A stretch of 63,490 nt of DNA, counting the filler, from Lenisia limosa (Eukaryota > Protista > Breviatea), in the NCBI GenBank assembly GCA_001655205.1. It is 12 parts of 12 records of this genome, joined end to end, with 100 filler letters (N's around TTAATTAATTAA, not from the genome) between each part and the next. Parts side by side here need not be neighbours in the genome. Positions count along the whole stretch, not along the records: positions 37,443 to 40,287 come from LPNZ01004090.1; positions 40,388 to 44,244 come from LPNZ01009374.1; positions 44,345 to 46,340 come from LPNZ01006005.1; positions 46,441 to 48,964 come from LPNZ01009921.1; positions 49,065 to 50,189 come from LPNZ01000992.1; positions 50,290 to 59,911 come from LPNZ01003898.1; 6 more parts are not named here. One strand, 5' to 3'. The position numbers and the translations under genes were made by a program. Each line of letters begins with the position of its first letter. Position 1 is the stretch's first letter. The notes beneath the pieces were generated by a model. It was not told where the DNA came from. It did no database searches and saw nothing but the letters and a program-made list of their open reading frames with translations. Below, in pieces: positions 37,443 to 52,087 of the stretch.

Positions 37443-39350
37443 ACTTCCTCGCCCGACTCGAGGAGAACAGCTGCGGTTTTGATGAATATGAGTTATTGCT
37501 TTGATGAATATGAGTTATTGTTTTGATGAATGTGACTAACCCGTGGCTTAAATATCCCCGCACCAGTGGCCTTGTTATCGCCATCGGTCTTGAATCCGGT
37601 AATGCCGTTATTCATGATAAGATTGACGCCCGCCTTGCGAATGTGGTCGGCAACCATCCAGGCCATATCGTCGTCGAAGGGGGCTGTGCGGAGTAAAACG
37701 AGGAAAATTTCGATGAAGAATATTGGAGTAAAGATACCAATCACGGGAGTAAAAAAATTAGAAAATTTATGAAACAAAAAAAATCAACTCTGTTGGCTGA
37801 CAACACACGNNNNNNNNNNNNNNNNNNNNNNNNNNNNNNNNNNNNNNNNNNNNNNNNNNNNNNNNNNNNNNNNNNNNNNNNNNNNNNNNNNNNNNNNNNN
37901 NNNNNNNNNNNNNNNNNNNNNNNNNNNNNNNNNNNNNNNNNNNNNNNNNNNNNNNNNNNNNNNNNNNNNNNNNNNNNNNNNNNNNNNNNNNNNNNNNNNN
38001 NNNNNNNNNNNNNNNNNNNNNNNNNNNNNNNNNNNNNNNNNNNNNNNNNNNNNNNNNNNGCTTTGCGTTTTTTGAGGAAGGTTTAAAATTAAGGAGTGAA
38101 ATAAGGCTTAGAGGGGATATGTGGAGTGAGTCAAGGCCAAACCAACACTTCTCCGAGCCGCTTTTTAAAAGAAGACAATTACTAGCTTCGGTTCAAAAAA
38201 GAGACTGAATTTCTCGATAAATCCTCGAAAACTATCAATATTTTACCAGACTTTTTCGAACCGATGTGAAGCCCTAACAGCTACACCCATACGGACTATT
38301 AGAAATATCATTATTATACGGACATGAAAGGGATAGTGAGGGAGGGTGTATGAACGAAGAAGACAACTACCCCCCCATACGAACAACTTGGGGAAGCTTC
38401 TCAATGCAGGTGGTGTTCATCTTGAGGTCCATGAAGGCCTCCACGGCTTCCAATCCTGGAGTTGTCAGGGTTTATCTTATCTGCCTTTTTCAAGATTTAT
38501 TTATGTCAGGGTTAATTTATAGTTGTCATGGTTTTTTTATAGTTGCGTTGGATACATATCCCTGAAGAGATCTTGCTGACACCCCCCCCCACCAATAAAT
38601 CCGCCGCCAATGACAACGGCGTTCTTGCAGTCGTTCTTCTTAAGATAAGCCTTGACAGCGTCGGCATGAGGGACGGTCTTGAGACAGAACACGTTGTTGG
38701 CTGTGATCCCAGGGAGGCGGGGGACAATAGCGGAAGTTCCGGGAGCAAGAACGAGCTTGTCATAGCTTTCAACACCCTGGATTAATCACAGAATGCAGAA
38801 AAGGAGCAAGGGAGAAGAAGGAGACGAGGACAAGGCTCGGCTCAATTCTATGCGAGGTCCGAAATTCTTCCGCAAACCGATTTGCCGTCAGAAGAAGCCC
38901 ATTCCACTTGCTTGTTTGCACGGTCAATGCGAGTAACCTCGGTTTCAACACGAACGTTGACACGGTACATCGTCCAGAAATGTTCGGGGGTCATAAGGAA
39001 CATAGATTCGCGGTCCTAAAGAGAGTAAAAAAAATGGGAATGTGAGAAAAGTGAAACTTACGGTAATGGTCTCGCCAACGAACATGGGCAAGCCACCTAA
39101 ATCAAATTAGACTACGATAGCGAAATGGCCCCATCGCCCGAACGTCATCGAGGGCCAAGGAATAAGCTTCGGTACATTGCATCCATACAGTTAGCAAAAG
39201 AGACGTATGGGCCCTTCTCGAACATAATAATTTCAGCATTTTCATCAATGCGACGTGCCTTAGCGGCAGCAGAAGCACCTCCAGCAACACTGCAATATTA
39301 ATGAAGCCACACCATCTGTTTGCTTACCCTCCAACAATAAGAAGCTTCAT
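37443..39350 (-). CDS. cdr: CoA-disulfide reductase / NADH oxidase-persulfide reductase family flavoprotein, partial
   Basis: MKLLIVGGVAGGASAAAKARRIDENAEIIMFEKGPYVSFANCGLPMFVG...YDKLVLAPG...NAVVIGGGFIGLEAVE...PPFDDDMAWMVADHIRKAGV; FAD and NAD Rossmann motifs plus the SFANC redox cysteine. Confidence 0.9.
37476..37535. repeat. Minisatellite, 22-bp unit, about 2.5 copies
   Basis: TTTGATGAATATGAGTTATTG(C/T) inside a cdr intron. Confidence 0.8.
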
Positions 39351-40083
39351 ATCTCTTCCAAGTTTAGATAGTAATTTCTTCTTGAGTTTACAGTTTTTTA
39401 TTAAGGATATAACTCTGCAGGGTACAAATTTCTTTCTTCTGAAACAATATGAAAACTCTCTTTTGATGATAAGAAGGTGATAGTTCAAGTATTTCAACAT
39501 TTCTTTATTTAGGTTAAAGAATATAAGGAAAATGCCATAGTTAGGACAGTATGACTTCCACTTTTCGGGATCTTGGCAAGAACCTTGTCATTGCCCTGTC
39601 TGCAGTTTTGAAGGATCCCCATGATTCTCCTGGTATACAGGCTTATCGTTGCCGAGAAGACCATTTCTCTTACCACCCCAGATCGCCTCGTACAGCTGGC
39701 AAGCAAGATCGGTATAGCCTCAAAAGAGATCAGGTATGCTTGGAAACACTTCTGTTTGACTGTTTTGGTGGGGTTTGCCATTTTAATGAATGTAGAGATG
39801 CTGTCGCAGCGTCTCCCCCAAACCCAGCTCTCTCTGAGGTACAGTTTTTTCTTTCGTTGTCTTCTTCCCGTTCTTCTTAAACGTTTTTGACCCTTTAGGT
39901 GTCGGTTAAAATCTCCCAGAAATGCATAGCCATCATTAAACTTCGTAAGGGGTGCATTGGGTCATTAAACTTCGTAGCAGTGGGTTTATTTTGTAAAAAA
40001 AATTCGGGGCATTGTATTGTTTTTAGGAAAGCTACTTGTACAGGGTTGTAGAATTAATATGCTGGGGAGGCACACAGAAAGCT

Positions 40084-40225
40084 CACACCTGTCAAGAACT
40101 TTCATTAATGTTCCTCCACACCTGTCAAGAACTTTCATTAATGTTCCTCCACACCTGTCATAAATGTTCCTCCACACCTGTCAAGAACTTTCATAAATGT
40201 TCCTCCACACCTGTCAAGAACTTTT
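40084..40225. repeat. Minisatellite, unit about 33 bp
   Basis: TTCCTCCACACCTGTCAAGAACTTTCATTAATG repeated head to tail with internal deletions. Confidence 0.85.
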
Positions 40226-41978
40226 TCGGGCCTCTATCAGCTTCACCTTCCTCCCCCCCCCTGTTATGTTTTGTTGTTCTCAACCCTNNNNNNNNNNNNN
40301 NNNNNNNNNNNNNNNNNNNNNNNNNNNNNNNTTAATTAATTAANNNNNNNNNNNNNNNNNNNNNNNNNNNNNNNNNNNNNNNNNNNNAAACAATGAAAAC
40401 AATGAGGTGGCATTTTGTTTGTCAGCGACAGAGCATAAACATCAAATATAATTCAGTTGAATTAGTGTATAATACTTAGTGGTGTTATCCAGTTGAATTC
40501 CATACTAAAGTAATACTCCTCAATGAATATCCTCAAAACCTTTTGAAAAATGGTAACACAACAACTAGAGAATGTGGTCCTGTATATCCTACATTAAAAA
40601 AACTGATTATGGGCCTAGAATGCCCCTGCGATAAAGTGAAGACATTCTTGCACCATCAGATTTGATTTTTTCCACTCTTGAGTAACCTAGAGGCATGTAA
40701 GTAGAGAATACGAGACAAATTGGGCAAAAAATGAGCGTAAATTACCCATTAATGGGCGAAAATATGATAGAAGATGTTAATAAATCAAGTGAATTTGACT
40801 CTTACCTTATGTGCCATTCCAGAACGGTAAATGGGTTGTTGATGCAGCATATACTTTAATAAGACGTCTATTTCCTCCATTTACTCCATTAAAATGACTG
40901 AACAAGGAAAATTCTTGAAAAAACCGTGACAAAAGTTGACTTAAACACCTTTAAACCACTACAAAATGGACTTCAGATTCGAATTCTCCTTAAAAATCTG
41001 CGTTTCTATAGTGGGGCACTTNNNNNNNNNNACCGGCCGGGTTCGATTCTGATCAAAAGATATTTTTTTTGATTTTTTTATCTCCTCTTTTTTTTTTCTT
41101 TTTGCTCAAAATTTCTTTGTTTTGATGTTCTTAATAGTTTAGTACTCAAAACTGCCGAATTTTACACTAAAAAGGGTGTTATTGAAGCGATTTATGTCGA
41201 TTTTTGGCTTGTTCGCGGTTTTAATCATGTTCGCGGTTTTAAACACCAACCTATACTATAGGAAAATGTTCATATGGCTTGTTTTCAGATAGAGGAAAAT
41301 TCACAGATATGGACGGTGTGATATATATATTATTGTATGAAATCTCTATAAACTACACTGATAACACGCATTCAATATTGCCCTCCTACTTTCCTATGCG
41401 AGTAATTCTCGCTGAGGTAGAGAGCTAGGTGCGATTGAGACATACAAGATCCTGGGCTGGAATTGGTGAATGAAGAAATGAGAGTAAGGAGACCGTTGAG
41501 TAATACATTGGAACCGTTTTACAATAATGGGTACTATATTATACGAGCTTACCTTCGTAGCAGCCTCGTCGTACGGAATTGAACCCGAAAACAGTGACTT
41601 TAATTGACTCAGTGTCATTTGTTTCATACTGTATGATAAGCGAAACGAGGACAAAATGAACTCAGAGGGGTCTTGCATTTCCAACAAATATCTGCCTGCG
41701 GAGACTTAATGATTGTCACTAAAACAAAAATGAAAAAAGTGAATGAGCATAGTATATGATTTAGAATAGAATAATCACAATCTTATGCCTTTTTGGTTCA
41801 TTTTCGCAGGTGCATTTAACTTGAGGAGAGACATAGAAACGATCAATAAGTTGTATGATAACTGACATACAACAATTCTTAAAGAAACATTGATCCGTTT
41901 CAACAAATTTACGGAAACGGGATCCTCATACAGTTTCCTAAACTCTGAAAAAAATGCCTTTGGCCGACTGTGTCAATC

Positions 41979-42555
41979 TCATCCGGGTACAATGTCATTG
42001 TTCCCATTGGCATTCCTGTCCAGGTAATCGGTTGTAGTTAGTGTATTGCTGGACAAATGGGAAAACCAGGACTGGAAGCTGGTACACCTTTGGAATCTCG
42101 TATTTTGTCTTCGACGAAACAAACCAAGGAACCGATTTGCAGTCAGAAAAAGTCTTCTTGAACTCAAGTATGACATTGATCAGCTTCTCTATGTCCGGTT
42201 TGCCTACAAGCCCATACTATATAGGCAGCTCAGCCCAGGTGTTGAAAAGGCTGGTTGCCTTTTTCATGAATTCAGTTGCCCATAGAACTCTGAGGTCCTC
42301 GGCAGATGTTGTTGAACGCTGAGGGTTCCCAGCCTTCTTCAGGTCGGCAAACATTGCTTCTTTAACGGGAGGGAACATTTCGATAGCGACTCTGGCGATT
42401 TCGGCGAGAGACAACATTTGCCCATCTGGACCATTCACCTGGGTGTGCCGCAACGCCCCGTCATCAGTGCGTATGCTGAAGGGGACTGGTTCTTCTGTCG
42501 AAAATTTTGTGAAAGGAAAAGAGTCGGAGTGATTGAGAGGCACATCATCATTTGG
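41979..42555 (-). pseudogene. PD-(D/E)XK-like nuclease-domain ORF interrupted by an in-frame TAG
   Basis: Frame continues across the TAG at 42217-42219: ...TWAELPI*YGLVGKPDIEKLINVILEFKKTF... Confidence 0.4.
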
Positions 42556-44344
42556 GTCTGAGAAAGGAATAGAGCGAACGTCTTTATTTATTTTACGTTT
42601 CTGGTTTTTATTTTATCACAAGCGCCCTCAGTTTCATCATATACACTGTCCGTGGTAAATCTTGGCAGAAATGAATCAGATTTCCCTTCGGTAATTGTTA
42701 ATCCATCTGAAAAAGGAATAAGTTATTTGGCTTGCTTTTGATCACAGAAAACCATTCAGAATTTGAGACCATTATTTCAACTCGCATGAAAATTGATAAC
42801 CAAATCTCTCTGAATATACATGTATATCTGCTATACACGAAATCAACCCCAGTAACCATATATCGCAGTTTTTAAATGATAATTCGGAAAAAGATAAAAT
42901 TTGTAGAGTGGTTCCTATCATTACCTTTAAAATATGACAATTCGGTGCCTGATGTCAAAATGCAATAGTATCGCACATTTGATACGTCTCCAATGTAAGC
43001 TAGGGAGTGAAAAACAAAATGAGGTCAGGTACGTTTCCCCCACATGGCTGAACGGCATGCTCTGAATGTGCCAAAACTATCGCACAACCTCCTGGGGTAT
43101 AACACGTACATTTTGATGCACGGATACCTCTCGGTTGCCAATCACACCCAGTATGCTGGGTTTTGAGGGTAATAGAGAAATTCAATCGTTTTCTTTTTTG
43201 TTTTTGTCAATTTTACAAAAGCAAAAAGTAAATTTTACAAAAGGACTTCTTTTTTCTCTCAAGACATGTGGTTGTTTTTTGAGGATTTAAAGCAGATTGC
43301 GGTTGAGGAGAATTGTCATGGATATCCGAACATAAACTTTCGGTGACGTCATATTTTTTACAACATTTTACGAGACTTTAACTAAAATTTTGGCAATTGT
43401 TGTTCTCTTATCTCAATAACAAATACTTTTAATCCACTAAGTCTAAATCACGCAAGTTACGCTTGTTTATGGTTCTTTTTGTCCTTCGACCGAGCCAGGT
43501 TCTCCAACCGCAACCTGCTTTAAAATACTGAGAGGAAACGTTCTCCCTTTTCTGGAACATTTCAATAGAGGTTTAAAATAGAGATATTGCTTCGCCTCGT
43601 GCTTCACGGCTGACTCTTCCAACCAAGCGTATCAAAGCGAAGCAAGACCCAAGGGGATGCAGGGGCATTGATGGGATATGCGTTGCTATGACAACGTCCG
43701 GTTAAGTGGTCATTTGCTTTAAAATTTTACTCAGTTGTTTTCTTTTGCTATTGATCCTACCGCCATCAGTTCGAGACAGCTTATCTTCATCTTTTAGAAA
43801 AACACAACCATTCCTTCTCCAGGCAGTGCCTAGGCACAACAAAAAATCAACGGGGTTTGGAACAGCAACACAATCAACCATAACTTTTTCAAAACCTCTC
43901 ATTTTGGAAGTGTTTAACCACGTTCCACTTCTTGTGAGTCTCAAACTTGTCAAATCTAAGATGTAAACCCACTTTAAATCAACAAATTTCCTCGAAATAA
44001 AACAACACTTTATATACACTGAACGCGAAAGTCTTGGAACGACTTTGGGCTGATAGAACCTCTGGATTATTATATACTATATTGATATAGTATATAATAC
44101 TTTAGAGGTCTATCAGCCCAAAGCCGTACACACCACCACGTTTATACGAAATATTGGACTATAGTATTATATTTATTCACCCATCATTTACATTTAAATA
44201 TTGTGTACATAGCTTTCTGCGTGCCTCCTCATCATACCATATGTNNNNNNNNNNNNNNNNNNNNNNNNNNNNNNNNNNNNNNNNNNNNTTAATTAATTAA
44301 NNNNNNNNNNNNNNNNNNNNNNNNNNNNNNNNNNNNNNNNNNNN

Positions 44345-46306
44345 TTCGGGGGAGAAGAGTTTTGCCAAGTCATCGAGGTGCTGCAATGTCAGATGTATAA
44401 ATGAGAATAACACATTGTCAGATGTGTTCAAGAGAAAAATGGAGGTACAGAAGTAGGGCTTCCCTACAGTCCGAAAAATCTTATTTTTATTCACCCCAAT
44501 CATCTGCCTTACAACTCTGTTTTATAATTCAAAACAGTGACTGAGCCACCTTAATCAAACTCCTCCGAACCTTAGAAGCGGCCTTGGACAGTTCATTGCG
44601 GGTCTCGGTCAAACGACGGATGTACTAAAACATCGTGAAAAGGGCTTATTTTTATATCTTATGAATTGAAATGGTAACTTGTAATACTGGTTTCGGCTTG
44701 TTGTTATGAAGAGAAATGTTGAATTCGGCTTTTGATGAATGTTATGGAATCATTATTTTTTTTAAAAAAAGGGCTTTTTAGTTTATGAATTCAAAAGTTA
44801 GTTTCGGCTTCTTTTTTGATGTGTTGAACAGCAGATCCTCCCCTCCATACAGTGGATAAAAGTCCCTGGGTGATAGCCCCGCAAGACTGGAAGTTGTGTA
44901 GATCTCGAAGATGCTGTGGGGATGGTAAAACGGAAGGAAAATATGGTAAAACGGAAGGAAATTATGGGGTTAATGGAGGGGNNNNNNNNNNNNNNNNNNN
45001 NNNNNNNNNNNNNNNNNNNNNNNNNNNNNNNNNNNNNNNNNNNNNNNNNNNNNNNNNNNNNNNNNNNNNNNNNNNNNNNNNNNNNNNNNNNNNNNNCACC
45101 ATGGCAATCTGGATGAATTTGGCCATGATCTTGGCCCGATCTTTGGTCTTCTTGGCGTCTAGAATGGCCGAAATGGTCCAGTTCTGCACTGCGGTGGCGC
45201 GGGCAAGCATTTTGGCGATGCTGCTCTGCGGTTGCAGGAATTTGGAGGTAGGAATGTCGGAGAGGTCGAGGGCGGACAGCATTTTGTAGTCTTGGAGGCA
45301 CATTTGACGGGCGATCTGGGGGCGTGAAATGGATTTTTTTCACTCCACAAAAATAAACATAGCTATTTAAAAAAAGAATGACAATAATAATAAAAAAAAA
45401 ACATGACTAAATATTTTTACCGCACCTCGAGATCATCAACATCGTGGAAGGTGAGACGCGCGGCAGAGACTTTGGGGAGAATGGGGAGGGGAGCGGGGGT
45501 TCTGTGGCGGTTAGCGAGGATGGAGGGGAGGGTTTAAGCCTGGGTGACAGATTGGGCTTCACTTTGGTTCGAAAAAAAAGACTGATATTTTGATGGTCTT
45601 TTTCGGACCGTAGGTAAGCCCTATAATTATATACACCCCCACGAATCGCATGCCGGGAGCGGCTTCGGCTTGCCACCGTTCTTGGCCATAAACAGCACGG
45701 CCTGGACCTCCTGGGCATCCTCCACTCGCCCGTCGCCGGCAAGAATGTCTGGGGGGAGTAAATTTGAAAAATTTATGAAACACAAAAATAACACACGAGG
45801 GTTGATAACAACAAAACAAATCCCAGGCCACGCTTCTACAGCACCGAATCCCATCACTTGTTTTACTTGAATATATGATGGGAATCTCTGATTCCCGCAA
45901 CATTTCAGTACATAGCTGTATTTAGCTCATTTTGTACGACCTAGTTTTGGGTGTTTTGGGGCTAAATACAAGCCTGACGCTGTTTTAAAACGTTACGACT
46001 AGATTTAAGCTTTGCATTAAGAGATATTGGGGGAGGACAGAATATTTGACCTTTTTATGAAACAAAAAGTAATATATAGCAATGAGAAATACAAAATAAG
46101 GTTGCATCTGGCCGAAGCCGTCCACACTGTCACGCTTATAAGAGATATTGGATTATAGTATAGTATTAAATCACCCAATCATTATAATAAAGAGAAAACC
46201 AATCCCCTCACCGTCACAGAAGTGATCAATGGCATCAAAGACTGTGGGGTAGGCCTCAATCTGCTTGGAGTAGTCTGACAACCAGAGCTTGAGGACTTCA
46301 ATGACT
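44345..46306 (-). CDS. Ras guanine-nucleotide exchange factor (REM plus CDC25 domains), partial
   Basis: RVIEVLKLWLSDYS (REM); LTFHDVDDLEIARQMCLQDY...NWTISAIL...RAKIMAKFIQIAM-HLRDLHNFQSCGAITQGL-YIRRLTET...LAKLFSPE. Confidence 0.9.
45749..45860 (-). repeat. Family D copy at RasGEF acceptor
   Basis: Core plus head; C-tract directly before the acceptor CAG. Confidence 0.75.
46105..46185. repeat. Dispersed non-palindromic repeat family E
   Basis: GCCGTCCACAC...CACGCTTATAAGAGATATTGGATTATAG...TCACCCAATCAT; related copies at about 1575, 23735, 44125 and (reverse) 59412. Confidence 0.65.
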
Positions 46307-46460
46307 CTTGTGTGTCAGGGTGGTGGTGATGGTGATGTTGNNNNNNNNNNNNNNNNNNNNNNNNNNNNNNNNNNNNNNNNNNNNTTAATTAATTAANNNN
46401 NNNNNNNNNNNNNNNNNNNNNNNNNNNNNNNNNNNNNNNNATAACGTATAAACTGCCCAC

Positions 46461-48964
<2,504 letters not shown>

Positions 48965-49064
48965 NNNNNNNNNNNNNNNNNNNNNNNNNNNNNNNNNNNN
49001 NNNNNNNNTTAATTAATTAANNNNNNNNNNNNNNNNNNNNNNNNNNNNNNNNNNNNNNNNNNNN

Positions 49065-49162
49065 CGGGCACAACCCCTTCCTAACAACCAAACGGGCACA
49101 ACCCCTTCCTAACAACCAAACGGGCACACCCCCTTCCTAACAACCAAACGGGCACAACCCCT
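49065..49162. repeat. Minisatellite, 28-bp unit, about 3.5 copies
   Basis: CGGGCACAACCCCTTCCTAACAACCAAA. Confidence 0.85.
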
Positions 49163-49164
49163 AC

Positions 49165-50127
49165 AGCGAATAGCACAGCACCTGTTCGGGACCCGATGTC
49201 AAGAACCTAAAGGGTGAAGTATTTCACAAAAAACAACAATGAATAATCAAAACACACACACAAAAAAAAAAATAACACGGAAATTCCCATATGATAGATT
49301 TTTTGACATAGAGGGAAGATACCATTCTGATGTAAAGATATTTGCCCGTAGAAATTAATCAATGTTATGATAAGTTTAGATCCTCGATAGTAATATCCAC
49401 TCTCCCTAGGGCTTCACACCGATCCAGAAAATGGCGGAATGAGATATTCTAACGATCTTTTTTCGGACCTGAGTGAAGCCTTGATATTTGTACCCCCCCT
49501 CCAACCGTTTTGCCTTCCAGGTCTGGAAGAAGCTCTCTGAACAGGTACCTGAGCTGATCTCTCGACAGTGAGTGTGATACGTAATCTACTTGGTTATTTT
49601 CTTTGTTGATTAGGTGGTTATTGTCCTTTTTTATTGCATAAACATTCAAAATGTCACCATTCCCGGTATGTTTATTGTCCTGCTTTACTGCAGAGTTTCA
49701 GTCAAGTTTCACAAGCCTCGGTAAACCCTCCGCAAATACCATTTTCCTCAATTTTTTGCAATCATATCCTTTTAATGATTATCGATAAAAATTAGCAACA
49801 TACGTGAGCTCATCGAAGAAGGACATAAAATAACTAAGGCTTCACTTTGGTTCGGGAAATCATCGATAGTTTTCGAGGACTTATCGAGAAATCCAGTCTT
49901 TTTTCGAACCGAAGTGAAATCCTTAAAATAACATGTCCTAAAGACAACATAAAAGCAACTTTTGGCCAATCTGCTCAACACCCACTCATTTCCTGGCAAT
50001 TGTAGCTCTGACAGTCCATGCATCTAGCACGTCTTAACTTTCCTTCGTCAGCAAGCTTGTCGATATCCTCATCCTCATAGAGGAATCCGTCAACGCTGAT
50101 GGTGTTGTCCTTGTCGTATCCCTCAAA
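49165..50127 (-). CDS. Class I SAM-dependent methyltransferase with a CxxC-containing N-region, partial
   Basis: DNTISVDGFLYEDEDIDKLADEGKLRRARCMDCQS...YVSHSLSRDQLRYLFRELLPDLEGKT-VLDIGSRTGAVLFA (motif I). Confidence 0.75.
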
Positions 50128-50359
50128 CTGAAGGGGATGGTGGGGGTGAAAATTGGAAAAAAGAAACATTGGGGGGTGGGGGGGTTGGCNNNNNNNNNNN
50201 NNNNNNNNNNNNNNNNNNNNNNNNNNNNNNNNNTTAATTAATTAANNNNNNNNNNNNNNNNNNNNNNNNNNNNNNNNNNNNNNNNNNNNCTGACAACACA
50301 CAAGGTTGATGACCTTAAAGAACTATTGCATGGAAAGATACCACTGGATGATAGCGAAC

Positions 50360-51803
50360 CTCCTGGAGTGTTTCGTGGTTGCACTTTGAGCAAAGGTAGG
50401 ACTGGACAACAACCTGGGGTGTGAGGGAAGAATCATGGGTAACAGCTCTACAATTAATTCGTGAATTAAATGGATTTAGGTGAAAGTATCTGAAGTAGGC
50501 GAATGGAAACAGGAATTGAAAAAAGAAGCCAAAAATGGTACATCCCATTACCTTGGGCTTAACCTCCGAAATTCTAATGACAACACCTCGGACTTGCACC
50601 TAAAAAGTCAGTCTGATCTAAAGTGGAGGATTGTTAGGGTTTTTTTTTGTAAAACAACAAAACAAGTAGGATTTAAAGTGAATGTGTTTCAATCATTCAG
50701 TGGTTAAAAAAAAAAAAAAAAAANNNNNNNNNNNNNNNNNNNNNNNNNNNNNNNNNNNNNNNNNNNNNNNNNNNNNNNNNNNNNNNNNNNNNNNNNNNNN
50801 NNNNNNATTCTGGAATGCTCATCCACTTACAAGGTGTCCGACAGATGAAGAGGCAATTTGACGGAGAGGGAGGGGCTTAAGGTCGTTGCGCTGGAAGACA
50901 AGCTCACTGGCAGTTATTATGGATGATGATCAAAAACGGTTATGAAGAAAGGAGTTATTTTTCATTCCTCCTTTGTGTGAAAATCAACATTACAACCAAA
51001 GGTGCAGTTAAAAAGACAACTTGGGGTATTAATTACGGGTAGCTCATTACGCATATGGTTGACAATATTTCCGACATCATTATTTCTCACAAACTAATGT
51101 TATCCTTTACAACCTTGAAACAAAAGTATGTTTGAAAATATTACAGGAGTCTAGAATTATGATATACAAGGAGAACCCACTATCGACGGTGAAGGATGGC
51201 AGGAAGGGTAGGGGGCTGCTGGGCATTGGCGTTATTGTTCTGCTTCTGAGCATCTGCAACAACGTCCAAACGTGCTTGCTCGAAGTAGTCAAGATCATCA
51301 AGCTCAACTTCTCCCTACATGTTCAGCCAAATGAGCATAGAGACCGCATCCGGAACATGAATATATCAAGAAAGAAGATAGAGTGCTGTTCCCCTACCTC
51401 AGGAAGAGTCTCACCAAGCATCTTATCGATAACTTTGTAGAAAAGTCTGACGTACATTGCGCTGTTGGAGGCAATGTTTTGATAAAGGTCTTCATCATTT
51501 AGCTATAATAGAAGATGAGAAGAGTGTAACAAGCTCAGAGAGAAAACAAGGAAGAACGGTTATTCATGACAAACCTCCAAAATGTCGTCGAGGAGGATTG
51601 TGATGATTTTTTGTTTGCGTTCTTTCACATCCTTCTACAATTTGTCAGAAAAAGCTTCGGAATGAAGTAACTGCCTACCAGGATATCAAGGTATTTGTAT
51701 GATCCTCCTTCCTCAAACTCATTTAAGAAATTCTCGATCTTATCTGCCAAAAGTTAATGATATAATCCAAAAACAAACCGATCTCGCCTGAAAAGTCAGC
51801 CAT
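50360..51803 (-). CDS. MCM7: DNA replication licensing factor MCM7, N-terminal part
   Basis: ATG at 51803; ...PAILHRRYELVF...PLRQIASSSVGHLVQVRGVVIRISEVKPKVVVQSYLCSKCNHETLQE. Confidence 0.88.
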
Positions 51804-52087
51804 TGTGACTCTTTTGAACTACTCGCTTGACTGGACCTTTATATATAAACTAAGGCAAATATGTACAATATATAAATCTAGTTTTTAAAGGCTTAAAGTA
51901 GTGTTGGTTTGGGTTGTTTTTTTAATTGTCCAGTCAAATATTGATTACTTTTGATTAACTAGCTTTTCCACCACATTTATTAAAAGTAACCTTCCTCTTG
52001 CCCCTTCACTGGTTTAAGGCTTGTATATAATAGTTAACTCAAAACGGGGATCTTAGAGTAATCAGTTTTCTTTTGATGGCCAAAACT

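Noticed and set aside
40084-40225. 28-33 bp repeats (also 2527, 49065) as CRISPR arrays
   Set aside because: Head-to-tail with no unique spacers, and no cas genes; eukaryotic minisatellites
40990-41065. tRNA-like fragment (GGTTCGATTC T-loop motif)
   Set aside because: Interrupted by Ns and no cloverleaf can be built; tRNAscan-SE on a gap-free sequence would be needed
42217-42219. TAG reassigned to a sense codon
   Set aside because: In-frame TAGs appear only in degenerate-looking tracts. None occurs in the conserved exons I translated (ValRS, MCM7, TBCB, cdr, PQ-loop, RasGEF). Seven modelled stops being TAA or TGA is too few to be informative.
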